From Minutocellus sp. GHC0000111 (taxonomy: Eukaryota): a stretch of 64,000 nucleotides of DNA. The stretch covers positions 1,488,001-1,552,000 of the forward strand of contig OZ361260.1 in the NCBI GenBank assembly GCA_977018835.1. Direction: 5' to 3'. A program made the translations under genes and the position numbers. This document shows positions 46,205 through 57,132 of this stretch, piece after piece. The notes under the pieces are model-generated. The model saw only the letters and a list, made by a program, of their open reading frames with translations, was not told the origin of the DNA and did not search any database. Within the stretch, counting starts at the first letter, position 1; every line of letters starts with the position of its first letter.

Positions 46205-48094
46205 ATGAGGATTGCTTCGACGGCTCTAACAGCCTTCTGCCTATCGCAGATCGCGACGCCCACACTGGGCTTCTCTTCACCGGCGGCGTTCCGTGGCGTA
46301 TCCACTGCTAGCCACCGATCAGCCCCTCTCTTTGCTGTCGCTGAAGACGAAAAGGTCGAGACCAAAGAAAAGGCTTCCGCCGATGGTGCTCCCATCAACG
46401 GCGATGCATCCGCTGCCCCCACTGCCGATCCCGATGCCGAAGGATTGCCCTGGTGGTGGGAGCTGGTTTGGGATCTCGACATTATGGAGAGAGGAAATTC
46501 CGGGGAGGACATTATCTTTGGAGACAGCGCTCACGTTCTGCGAACAAACATTGAGCAAATTTACGGTGGATATCCATCACTCGATCGCTGCCCCCTTGCC
46601 GAGGGAGACATTACCGACATTGCCGATGGCACCATGTTCATCGGACTGCAGCGCTACCAGCAAAACTACGGTTCGCCCTACAAGCTTTGCTTCGGACCCA
46701 AGTCTTTCCTGGTGATTAGCGACCCAGTTCAGGCTCGCCACATCCTTAGAGATGCCAACACCAGCTACGACAAGGGCATCCTGGCCGAAATCCTCAAGCC
46801 CATCATGGGCAAGGGTCTAATCCCCGCCGATCCGGAAACCTGGAGTCGACGAAGGAGGCAAATTGTGCCTGCCTTTCACAAGGCTTGGTTGGAGCACATG
46901 GTTGGTCTGTTCGGATACTGCAACAAGCCCCTCATTGAAAGTTTGAACGGAATTGCCGCCAAGGGTGGCAAGGTGGAGACGGAGGAGAAGTTCTGCTCCG
47001 TGGCCCTCGATATTATTGGCAAGTCGGTATTCAACTACGAGTTTGGGTCCGTCACTGAGGAGAGTCCTGTGATCAAGGCAGTCTACAGCGCTCTCGTCGA
47101 GGCCGAACACCGTTCCATGACGCCGGCTCCCTACTGGGATCTGCCACTTGCAAATGAGGTCGTTCCTCGTCTTCGCAAGTTCAATTCCGATTTGAGACTT
47201 CTGAACGACGTCCTTGACGATTTGATCGAAAGGGCCAAGAAGACTCGGCAGGTGGAGGATATCGAGGAGTTGGAGAAGCGCAATTATGAAAATGTGGAAG
47301 ACCCCTCCCTCCTTCGTTTCCTTGTGGATATGCGCGGAGCTGACATTGACAACAAGCAGCTTCGCGATGATTTGATGACCATGCTTATCGCCGGTCACGA
47401 GACCACCGCAGCTGTATTGACCTGGGCTCTCTTCGAGCTTACCAAAAACCCCGAGTGCATGGCCAAGGCTCGCGAGGAGATTGACCGTGTTGTTGGAGAT
47501 CGCACCCCAACCTTGCAGGATGTCAAGGATATGAAGTACCTGCGCCTGGTTGTCGCTGAGACCCTCCGCCTCTACCCTGAACCTCCTCTACTCATCCGAC
47601 GATCTAGAGAGGACAATGATTTGCCCAAGGGAGGTGGCCGAGAGGCAACCGTCATTCGAGGAATGGATATCTTCATTTCCCTCTACAATATTCACAGAGA
47701 TGGGCGTTTCTGGCCCGAACCGGATTTGTTCGACCCCGATCGCTTCACTCGTCCGTACTCCAACCCCGATATACCGGAATGGAAGGGATATGATCCTGCC
47801 AAGTGGGAGAACAATCTCTACCCCAATGAAGTTGCATCTGATTTCGCTTACTTGCCCTTCGGTGGTGGCGCACGCAAGTGCGTTGGTGATGAGTTCGCTA
47901 CTTTGGAGGCCACGGTTACTTTGGCAATGGTTCTTCGTCGATTTGATTTTGATTTTGATCCGGATTTCAAGACCAATGTCGACATGATGGAGCATCCTAT
48001 GGATCTTGAGCACCCTGTCGGCATGCGAACGGGCGCCACTATTCATACCAGAAAGGGACTTCACATGATTGTGAAGGAGAGGAAGACCGAGTAA
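46205..48094 (+). CDS. CYP97: Cytochrome P450 of the CYP97 family (LUT1-like carotenoid hydroxylase), plastid-targeted
   Basis: FGPKSFLVISDP, KGILAEIL.PIMGKGLIPAD, AGHETTAAVLTW, ETLR, FGGGARKCVGD; bipartite presequence. Confidence 0.95.
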   Translation: MRIASTALTAFCLSQIATPTLGFSSPAAFRGVSTASHRSAPLFAVAEDEKVETKEKASADGAPINGDASAAPTADPDAEGLPWWWELVWDLDIMERGNSGEDIIFGDSAHVLRTNIEQIYGGYPSLDRCPLAEGDITDIADGTMFIGLQRYQQNYGSPYKLCFGPKSFLVISDPVQARHILRDANTSYDKGILAEILKPIMGKGLIPADPETWSRRRRQIVPAFHKAWLEHMVGLFGYCNKPLIESLNGIAAKGGKVETEEKFCSVALDIIGKSVFNYEFGSVTEESPVIKAVYSALVEAEHRSMTPAPYWDLPLANEVVPRLRKFNSDLRLLNDVLDDLIERAKKTRQVEDIEELEKRNYENVEDPSLLRFLVDMRGADIDNKQLRDDLMTMLIAGHETTAAVLTWALFELTKNPECMAKAREEIDRVVGDRTPTLQDVKDMKYLRLVVAETLRLYPEPPLLIRRSREDNDLPKGGGREATVIRGMDIFISLYNIHRDGRFWPEPDLFDPDRFTRPYSNPDIPEWKGYDPAKWENNLYPNEVASDFAYLPFGGGARKCVGDEFATLEATVTLAMVLRRFDFDFDPDFKTNVDMMEHPMDLEHPVGMRTGATIHTRKGLHMIVKERKTE

Positions 48095-48183
48095 AATGTT
48101 CTTCTCGAAATACACGACTATGATTTAAAAACTACGTAGCTAGATTCAATTCATATCTAAACCATACATTTCTGGTAAATACA

Positions 48184-49710
48184 TCAAGGGCATGCCGCCT
48201 TTTGAACCTCAGGAGGAACAATAACGTCAAACCGTTTCGCCAATTCTACGAGTGCTTTTGCATAAAGCCGGCCAAAGATTATGGAGTCAGGAAGTTGTTC
48301 CGCATCGAATATCATATTGCCATATATCTGGCCTGCATAACTCATCAAGTCGACCTGTGTGAGTAAATTGTCGAAGAAGAGCTGGACACTCTTGGCCGGC
48401 TTTCCGGCAAACAAACATTTCTTACTCGGTCCGGGAACGTTGGTAAGCACCAGCGAGTGTCTCGAGAACGTATCATAGACCGTTTGTTGCCCAGCACTCG
48501 TCGGGACGTACGGTCCGAGATTATTCTGCACCTTGAGCTGCATGTAGGCCCTGGGCTTTTCTTTCATCTCCTGTGTTTTTTGGTGAATGTGGGTCAAACG
48601 ATCTTCGATATCTTTGTGGCCAACTCCTAAGTCGCAGCTCACCATGCACCAAATATTCCTCATTGCTGTCCCTGGATCATTGAGCTCATTTGGCGACCTT
48701 GGAAAGCCAACTGGCAGCAATGCTCGGCACTGAATACTAGGTCCCTTTTTGGCTAGTACAGGATCATTTTGAGCCTCACAATAACCATGAATTGCCTGGC
48801 TTACAGCAGTCATAAGAATATCATTCACCGAAACCTTTGCAGCCGTCTTGAGGCGTTTGATAAAGTCCAAAGGGATTGTTGGGAAAACCACAGCCTCTCT
48901 CTTGCCCGAATGTTTCATTTTTGAATGATTCATTTTCGAGAAGACGGTATCGTCATCATACTTGGTTGCTCCCAGCATCAGAACGTGCCCCGTCGCCTCG
49001 ACCAAGGACCAAACGGTCGAAAAGATCCCCTTTTTCTTGCCATTTCCTCCGCCACCCGCCGAAGAAGCACTGCTCTTGAAGGATATTGGCGATTTGATCG
49101 ACGCTCCATCTACATCCGTGAGGAACTTTTCGAAAGCCCCTACAAGTGCCAATCCATCACCAATCACGTGGTGCACTCGGACCACACACGCCGACGATCC
49201 CACACCGGTATTCTTGACAATAAGAATCTCCCACCAGGGCAGATCATCTCTTCCTTCTCCCAGCGTATCCTGACAATGCTCCACGATCGTTCTGTTGGTG
49301 ACGTTATCATCACCCTTGATGGTTATCTCGCGGACCAAATCCAACGGACGGACATCGCCATGTCTGCTTAGCCGGGTGGTATGGTTGGTGAGATCCGGAA
49401 CCTCAGAAAGTCGTTTGTTCACCAATAGCGGCTTGACGACCAGTTGGGCGACATCGTTTGCGGTGGGCGGATCATCATCGAAGTACACAGCGGCGTTGAT
49501 GATGGGCTCCTTGACATTTGCGTCGGGTGGAAACGACCCGATCCCCAACCCAACTGAAGTGAAGGAGAGACGGCGCTGCAGGGGCGTTCGCTGCGAGCGT
49601 TTGGCACGCGATGAGTAATACGTGTATGCCACCGGAATGGCCAGGAAGGCCAAGCCGACCAGGATCTGGGTTTGGTCGGCGTTGGCGATGGTATTGCGAA
49701 TTGTGCTCAT
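48184..49710 (-). CDS. Wax ester synthase / diacylglycerol acyltransferase (WS/DGAT)
   Basis: LPWWE, HHVIGDG catalytic motif, SVNDIL, LTNVPGP, MSYAG. Confidence 0.92.
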   Translation of the reverse strand: MSTIRNTIANADQTQILVGLAFLAIPVAYTYYSSRAKRSQRTPLQRRLSFTSVGLGIGSFPPDANVKEPIINAAVYFDDDPPTANDVAQLVVKPLLVNKRLSEVPDLTNHTTRLSRHGDVRPLDLVREITIKGDDNVTNRTIVEHCQDTLGEGRDDLPWWEILIVKNTGVGSSACVVRVHHVIGDGLALVGAFEKFLTDVDGASIKSPISFKSSASSAGGGGNGKKKGIFSTVWSLVEATGHVLMLGATKYDDDTVFSKMNHSKMKHSGKREAVVFPTIPLDFIKRLKTAAKVSVNDILMTAVSQAIHGYCEAQNDPVLAKKGPSIQCRALLPVGFPRSPNELNDPGTAMRNIWCMVSCDLGVGHKDIEDRLTHIHQKTQEMKEKPRAYMQLKVQNNLGPYVPTSAGQQTVYDTFSRHSLVLTNVPGPSKKCLFAGKPAKSVQLFFDNLLTQVDLMSYAGQIYGNMIFDAEQLPDSIIFGRLYAKALVELAKRFDVIVPPEVQKAACP

Positions 49711-49978
49711 AGTTGTGGGAAAGTGCTGTGCGTCTTTTATTATTGAGGGCCAGCTTGCACCTACCTCGACTCAACGCTCCGCATCCGATCTTTTGTGTTC
49801 TCATCAGATTGGCCGGCCAATCTTTCTTCGATGATTCGATTCATTCGAGCGAATCGATTCGGGGAGGGGTTCCCCACTTTACCCCAATCATGTGCCTTGC
49901 ATGACTCCTCCCTCCTCGACGACTCGTCACTCGATCGCATCTGCATATCGGAGAATAGAACCACCTGAACCTGCTGAG

Positions 49979-50974
49979 ATGATATTGGTTGGGAGCCGGG
50001 CCGAAGCCCTCTTCTTTCTGCTCGCAATATATGCTCCTGGAATACAGCTGGCGCAATGTCTCTCCTCTCCACCTCCAGTGGAGACACGCGACTCGCCAGT
50101 AGCGATTCCGCCGCCGCTGGTCGCATCACCGATACCGACAAAACCAAATCCAGCCGTAGCACTGTCGCATCGTGATGCCATAGCCTCGGGTGCAACAAGA
50201 ATACTTGCGACTGCGGCAACGGCTGCTGCATCGATAGTTGGCAACCCGTCGCCGTCTCGTGCCGCTGAAAGTGGAGTACTGTTGTCTGCGTCGTCATCAC
50301 CCCTCATCATTGAGGGCCCACCCGAGCGACAAGCCCTCCTTCGAGCTCTCGCATCCAAGGCGTCGGATGAAGAGGTGAAGCGATTGATTGCGGAGTTGGA
50401 ACCCTTGGACCCATCAAAGTCAAACAGCGCCACATCGCCAGAACTTGACGGGACCTGGGAGCTTATATATAGCGTGGGAGCCGAGGCCTTTTCTCCTCTC
50501 CTTCAACTTCCGTCTCCCATTCGCCCCTCGAGTCTCCAATTGATTGGCGCCGACTCGGCAAGAGAGGTCGGTGAGGGGAGAGTGGCTCAGGTATTGAACT
50601 TTCCCATCCTCCCGCTCTCTTTCTTGCTGTCCAGTGGGCTCGTCCCTGCCGCAAGCGGTGGTGGGAACGTGCTTGAAATCCAGCCTCCGTTTCGCTTCGA
50701 GGCAGTTTGGAATGATGCCACCTTGCGACGTCCAGGACGACTGTCCAAGGGTGTGGCCAAGGGTGGGACACGGTGGAAGCTTGTCGAGTCGGGTTCTGAT
50801 GCCGATTTCCGTGCCCTCAATGCCAGAGACGAAGATGCCCAGGCTGCTGGCAGGAACATGTATAAGCAAAGATACTTGGATGCCACTGGACAGCCGGGAG
50901 ACTTAAGGGTGAGCGAGATTGTATCTGGAGACCCAGTGATCGTCGGAGCCGTCTTCATTCATCGTCGATTGTAG
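49979..50974 (+). CDS. PAP/fibrillin-domain protein
   Basis: LIAELEPLDP...LDGTWELIYS, QRYLD...DLRVS; signal and transit-like N-terminus. Confidence 0.7.
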   Translation: MILVGSRAEALFFLLAIYAPGIQLAQCLSSPPPVETRDSPVAIPPPLVASPIPTKPNPAVALSHRDAIASGATRILATAATAAASIVGNPSPSRAAESGVLLSASSSPLIIEGPPERQALLRALASKASDEEVKRLIAELEPLDPSKSNSATSPELDGTWELIYSVGAEAFSPLLQLPSPIRPSSLQLIGADSAREVGEGRVAQVLNFPILPLSFLLSSGLVPAASGGGNVLEIQPPFRFEAVWNDATLRRPGRLSKGVAKGGTRWKLVESGSDADFRALNARDEDAQAAGRNMYKQRYLDATGQPGDLRVSEIVSGDPVIVGAVFIHRRL

Positions 50975-51061
50975 ATGATTGTTGTACTAGATCTATGGTC
51001 GTCAAGGCATTTGTCATCAGGTCTATATATATTGAAATATATATAAATAAAAAAATATATA

Positions 51062-51811
51062 TGTTAGTCCCAAAATGCGCACTGTCCCAGTTCGCGAACT
51101 GGGATCCCAGTTTGCGAACTGAGATTCATTTATCCCAGTTTGCGCACTGGGCCCCAGTTCCCAAACTAGGATCTCAGTTTGCGCACTGATACTACCAGAA
51201 TGGAAACTGAGATAAACACGCCAATCCGAATTTGGGAACCAGACGAGTTCGCGAACTGGAACAAAAATGAATACCAGTTTGGAAACTGGCATTCTCGGCA
51301 AGTGTCAGAATGGTAACTGCCGGTGTTGGCTCATGCACAATGATTATGTACTGGTAGATCTATCTACAATACAAGTTGCACTGTGCATCATATCTTGAAT
51401 TTGCAAGCTACATGTACTGGTACAGTAGCAACATGATGCCGGCATAGCACAGATGCATGTACAGTTCATGACTTATATTTGCCAGAAGCAGCTAGCTAGA
51501 TATTATTATTTATTCACTATATGTATTTAGTATCAGCTAATGCCAATTTATTGAGTATCAGCTCCGGCACTAATGTCGTCTGGACGTCTGGACCAGGTTT
51601 GGGCTGTGTTGCTTCACTATGAAAAAATGAAGCGAGGAGAAGCAAAGGCGATATCATCCATGCTAAATATTCATTATTTCTCGATTGATCCCAGTTTGCA
51701 AACTGAGATTGTGCCTATGATCCCAGTTTCCAAACTGGGATAAATTAATCCTAGTTCGCAAACTGGGATCCCAGTTCGCGAACTGGGACAGTGCGCATTT
51801 TGGGACTAACA
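51062..51811. mobile_element. 750 bp MITE with TIRs of about 90 bp, TGT...ACA ends, inserted in a (TA)n tract
   Basis: TGTTAGTCCCAAAATGCGCACTGTCCCAGTTCGCGAACTGGGATCCCAGTTTGCGAACT is perfectly inverted at the right end. Many subterminal CCAGTTYGCRAACTGG palindromes. Confidence 0.92.
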
Positions 51812-51867
51812 TATATATAGAATCTATATATGTAAGCACACCAAGAAAGACGAAATTTGTACGGTGA

Positions 51868-51938
51868 ATTGCCTTGAACCTACATGTGTAATTGATCTTG
51901 CCCTCAAGACGACAATTTGATAAACGTTTACGTAGATT
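51868..51938 (-). repeat. Dispersed repeat copy 3
   Basis: The reverse complement reads AATCTACGTAAACGTTTATCAAATTGTCGTCTTGAGGGCAAGATCAATTACACATGTAGGTTCAAGGCAAT. Confidence 0.8.
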
Positions 51939-52759
51939 TCACCCACGCATGTAGACCAGCCTCGAGTCATTTGCAATACCGGTACAAAAAGGAACTTCGA
52001 ATCGAATCGAATACGGTACCGGTACAACATGTAGATCTATCAATTGGATCTATAAAATATCAATCGAATCGAATCACCATCCACCACCAATCGAATCGAA
52101 TGAATCACCCCCTTATAAAATAGTGAAAAGAGAGAAGTCCCCACTTTCGCCATCACACGGCAGCAGCACCTCACATGTACGAGGTCGCGGACAGCAGTTT
52201 CAGGGACCCGGTTTTCGGGTCTTTGGGCAAAATCTCATAAAAATCAGCACAAACGCACGCAGCAAGCAGCATTTGTTTGCTATCGTCCTGTCTTCAAGAT
52301 GGCGGTGACGGCAGTGCCGACGGCATCCGCTTCACGCAAGGGATAAGCGTGGTATCTCCAGAACGGGTTGGTCCTTGACCTTGGACCGACTCGGAGATAT
52401 CGATTTCATCTTCCCATGCCAGCGTCTGGCCGATTCACCCCATCCATCGCCCCTCCCGACTTCTGCCAGTTTTTCCGATGACAACCGGTCACCTCCTCCA
52501 CCTCCCGACCCCACCACCACCTCCCAAATGCATTGATTCAAGTAGCCATATGGTTTGAGCTCCGATATCGGTCTCCATGGTCCCCATAATGGCGTATCTT
52601 ATGCGGTCCGGGTGACCCCGCGCCAAAATCGAGCGGGCCAAAAAAATCATCACCCGCCCGGCGCGCCCCCCACTCAATGAAACCTTCCTCATTTCCAACC
52701 CACCCGACATACAAACTGTTGCTCTACTGCCACAAAATACTGCATCCAACACCATATTA

Positions 52760-55683
52760 ATGCAAATGGCTGTTACTACTGCTGCCACCGCAGCTGATGC
52801 GCCAGCATGTCGCCGCTCCCGTCGGTCCGGCAGCTCCATCCCATGCTTTGATTATTTTGTCCATCGGAGCTGCACCATCGATGCCTCTGCGATTCGTGGC
52901 AAGTCTCCTGGGATGATCCAGACCATAGCGAACCGGGCATGGGCGGGCCTCTCACTTCAGAAACAGCAGGATGTTGTGGAGCAAGCCCGAGAGGAGGAGC
53001 TGTGCTGTCCGAGCCAGACCGGTCCTGATCCGGCACAAGATGTGCCGATTTCTCAAATTCAAGTTGCTCGGCGCAATTCGTCATCCAACAACGCCGATGC
53101 CAGCCCTGAGCCGACGGTCGAGGACAATGCTGGTGTCGCTGCTCGTCCTGGTGATGATAACATCGAAGCTGGGGGCATCGCCGAGTCCATGGCTAACAGT
53201 GAAGAATCTGGCAATCCTGCCAGTGTCGGTGTTTCTGCTACCGGCACCGCCAATTCTGGTGGATCGACCGAGGAGAATTTGGATGTGCTGCTGGTTGAGG
53301 CCGAAGCGCAATACAAAGCTGCAGAGGAGGCTTTGAAAGGGCTAAGGGATGCCTTGAAACGAGAAAAGCGGAAGGATGAAAAGGCCATGGTCGATGCCGA
53401 GAAGAAAAGGAACAAAATGAAGGAGGCGATGCGTCATTTGGAGCAGAGGGTGCAAATGCGTGAACATCTTCGGTCGCACAGGATGCCGACGGATGCACCA
53501 CCCGAACGCAAGAAAGCAATGAGAATGGAAGACAACATGCGACCTGCCATCAGCACTGGGGAACGTGTCCTTGTGTCTGCCGACTTCAGTCCCAACATGA
53601 ATCGGCCTGAGGGTAAGGGATTTGTTATGGTCAGTCGAGGTGTCGGTGGAGGTGCTCTTTGCGATGTCCAGTGTGAGAAGCCTTTTGGTGGCATGATGCA
53701 TAAGAATGTGCCTCTCAAGGCCATCACCCCGATCCCACTCGGCCTCAATGCCGATTCAATTGCCAAGGACAGGCGCAAACGGACAGTAGCTGCTCAGGCG
53801 GGGATGGATAGTGTTGACAGCGCCGGTGCCAATAAGCGTGCAAAGAGCGATGGCAGTCCGATGGAGACTCTTGTCGGAAAGCTTTTGCATGGCATGCGAT
53901 ACAGGAAGAAGGATGGATATCTTCGAAAGGAGGCGAATCGAGCAACCAAAGGCAAGAAGGGATTGAACGACGAGGACAAGAGCATGCTTTTTGCCCAGGG
54001 ATTGCTTCTGGAAGTGCATTTGAAGAGCACCGGAGGGACGCAGCACTCAAGTAGGAACAGTTCATCGCAGAAGTTTCAGTCGGATGGGAGGGTCACTATT
54101 CGTGAGCTCTGCAGAGCGTGGGGGAAGGGTAAGAATGGGCTGCGAGACATCCAGAACGAGTCTCGGAAGAATGCCATTGCCCGGGGCATGCCAGCAGATC
54201 AGGCCGAGCTTGCATTTGTCACCCCCGCTCCCAAGGATTCGTCGGTTCGGCCAAAGTCTACCATTGACAATTACAAGACGGCTGAGCAGCACTTTACTGC
54301 TAAGCGCCTGTATGCAATCAATAAGTGCAGAGAGGCAAAGGAAGACTGCTATGATTCTGTATCGAAGGAGGCTGACAATGAGTTGCTCAAAACGTACCTG
54401 ACCGAGTACGACACCATCAGCGACGATGACAAGCAGCTGTGGGAGCTGAAGAGGCGGGAGCACTTGGCAAGGCAGCCGTACCTAGGCACATACAGAACGA
54501 CATTGTTGCGGCCCTTTCCAGCAATCCTCAGCGATTGTTCCGTGGTTTGGAGCAGGACATTGGTCTGTGGTGCTCGCACAAGACGATTGAGCGGTGGCTC
54601 AAGTCATTCGACACCTTCACTTTCTACAAGGAGCGGCTGGTACCGCGCCTGTCGGAGGCTCAAAAAGCTAAGCATCTGGCCTTTGCTCAGCTCGTGCGGA
54701 ATTTCTGGAACATTCGGGATGAGAACGGCAATTTACCGAATGGAAAGAAGCGAGTTCTCCTCGTGCATTGCGATGAGAAATGGTTCTGGGGTCTCGTCCT
54801 CCGAGCTTTTGCGAAGGCTTGCGAGGAAATCGGCGTGAAAAAGCGAGATTACGCGGCCTTTCACAGGAGCCACATCAACAAGGTCATGGCCATTGCATTT
54901 GTTGCCACTGTCTTTGACGGTTCTCTTGAGAGTGGGTGCGAGGTTGTAAAACTGCCACTGGTACGAGCTCAAGCTCCTAAAATAGCGGAGCGAGCTCAGC
55001 ACGAAGCAGCATCACAGCCTGATGGTTCAATACGGTACCCAAATACCAACCCCGATGGGACACCAAAGGAACCTCTTCGCCGGAAAGGAGAGTCGTTTCT
55101 TGTTGATTGTTGCGTTACTGGATCGAACGAAGGCACCAAAAAGGATCCGAAATGCTCTTTGCTCCTCGTATTCAAGGAGACTATTTTCCCAGCGATTCTC
55201 AACCTTGTCGGTCCGGGCAAGCAATACGAAGATTGCCATGTTATTATCCAGGGCGACCAGGCCGGGCCTCACGAGGACGGAACCTTCACGCAATTTGTTA
55301 CTAACTTCTGTGCTGAGCAAGGCTGGACGTGGCAGCCACAGGCACCGCAGATGCCTCACGCCAACGTCCTTGACTTGAGCGTGTTCCCCGCGATGAGCCG
55401 GCGGCACTCGGAATGGGCACGAAAAATGGTAGGCACCTCCGTCATTTCCACCGACCAGATCTGGGACACTGCCGAGGACGTTTACGATAGCATGCCTAAC
55501 TGCAAAATTGCTTCGGCCTTCATTCAGTACTGGAGGATAATGGGCCTGGTGATTAAGGCCGGTGGTAGCAATGAGTTTGTTGGAAGGTTGGGTGACGAAA
55601 ACTTGCACACTGGAATTAGGATCGACTTCAACGAAACGGCCAAGGGGATGGAGCCCTCAGCTCGTCATCCTTCTAATAAATAG
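52760..55683 (+). pseudogene. Long (about 970 aa) mariner-type DD38D transposase, frameshifted by an 8 bp insert at about 54480
   Basis: VHCDEKWF, QGDQAGPH and QAPQMPHANVLDLSVF (38 residues counted between D2 and D3). HTH-like GLEQDIGLWCSHKTIERWL. ORFs 52760-54838 and 54439-55683 fuse when 8 nt are removed. Confidence 0.88.
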
Positions 55684-55778
55684 ATAGTATTAATATCTTT
55701 ACACATGTATTAAATAAATGTTACACGTCTACAAATTATTTATAGATCTACATGTAAGATGCAGCAGCATTGGTTTGT

Positions 55779-56908
55779 TTATATCACGGTGGGCTTCTTT
55801 GTTCTTCTATTTCTACCGGTATTCTTTTTTGCCTCCTTGGCCTTCTTATGATCATTAGAAAGCCACACAGCGTGGAGGGACTGACGAATCTTTCCGCGCT
55901 TCACACCATATGCATCGGCAAGTTTATTGTCAGTGAGGGCAGGGTGAGCAGTTGGTTGTTTACTCCCATCCTCATATCCCAACTTATATGCATCTAATGC
56001 AATCTTGTCAGTAGATAATGCAATAGAGAATTCTATTGTCTTGTTATCATACAATCCGAGTTCTCTGCTTCTCCACCCTTTCGGGTAGGCACCACGACCC
56101 TCTCTTACTTGGCGATCGACTTCGATCATGCCTAGCACTGTGGTGACCGCGACCTCGCTACCCCAACCAGGAACTTGTTTGAAGGGGAGGTAGACCCCTT
56201 TCTCTTTTCTTCTTGGTTCGGGCCTCTGACTACATGTGGGTGACTTGTAGTTCTTTATATCTTGTGGTAGTGGTGCTTCTCCGTACGTCAAAAAGCACGC
56301 AAGCCTCCGATGTTCCTCAACCTCTCGTTCAATCTGTCGTTCGGTTGGTTCGGTTGGAGGCAAGGGCTCCAAGATGGTAGGGGATGACAATTGAAGGTTG
56401 CTGAACGACGGGCATGAGCGGCTTGGGGTAAGAGCATACTGAGTATGAACTGACATTGGACTTGTTACCATGGGCGTGGCGGAGGGAAGGTCGAATGAGC
56501 TCACGGGCTTTCTCCTCTCGCCGCTTGGCTTTGCGTCGGCGGTTGCTATGCTCATCTCTGAGAATGAATCATCTTCTGAGATGAAACGGTAGCGGTACCG
56601 CGAAAGTCGGCACGCAATATGTCATGATGCAAGTACTTCCTTGCTTGGGCTTGTTCGGCGGCGAAGCCATCCTCTTCGTTGTACTCGCGTCGATATTTCA
56701 ACACACGAGGAGATGTGAGGTCTGACGATGCCGGTGGGACCCCTTGGTTGTCCTCCTCGTCATCGTTGTCCTTGTTCTCTCGATACCGCGGATGTTCCGG
56801 CGTTTCGTTGGAAGTTTCCTTCTCATGGCGCGAGGGGCTGAATGCAGTCGCCTCGGCGCGTTTCGGTGGACGCGGTGGACTGAAGATGTGTCCCTTTGGA
56901 GTATCCAT
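55779..56908 (-). CDS. Second, transposon-borne gene with a C-terminal HTH-like motif; frameshift or intron at about 56560-56630
   Basis: Lies inside the TIRs, convergent with the transposase. MDTPKG... starts at 56908 and a 258-codon ORF follows. Motif LTDNKLADAYGVKRGKIRQSL and a basic tail. Confidence 0.6.
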
Positions 56909-57132
56909 GAGTATGGAAGCTTCTTGAAGCGCCAGTCGGCAGAAGTTGCCCAGTCTATTTGTGGTAATTGCTTGGAGGTCGGTTGTTGACGGATGTGTTT
57001 TGATTTGCTTGCTTTGCCGCGTGTTTTTCAAGGTGCGCGCAAACCGCCGTGTCGGAAAGTCCAAAGACCCAAAAAACCGGGTCCATTGCTGTCCCGGACC
57101 TCGTACAGCCATCCTAGGTACAGCGTAGCAGC

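Larger units (their letters stand above)
52180..57103 (+). mobile_element. Tc1/mariner-superfamily DNA transposon of 4.9 kb with TA target duplication and two convergent genes
   Basis: Left end TA|CGAGGTCGCGGACAGCAGTTTCAGGGACCCGGTTTTCGGGTCTTTGG. Reverse complement of the right end TA|CGAGGTCCGGGACAGCAATGGACCCGGTTTTTTGGGTCTTTGG. Encloses a DDD transposase. Confidence 0.92.

Noticed and set aside
51062..51811. Repeated 16-mers as a CRISPR array
   Set aside because: Irregular spacing, no unique spacers of constant length, and the repeats are arranged as terminal inverted repeats. Eukaryotic context with no cas genes.
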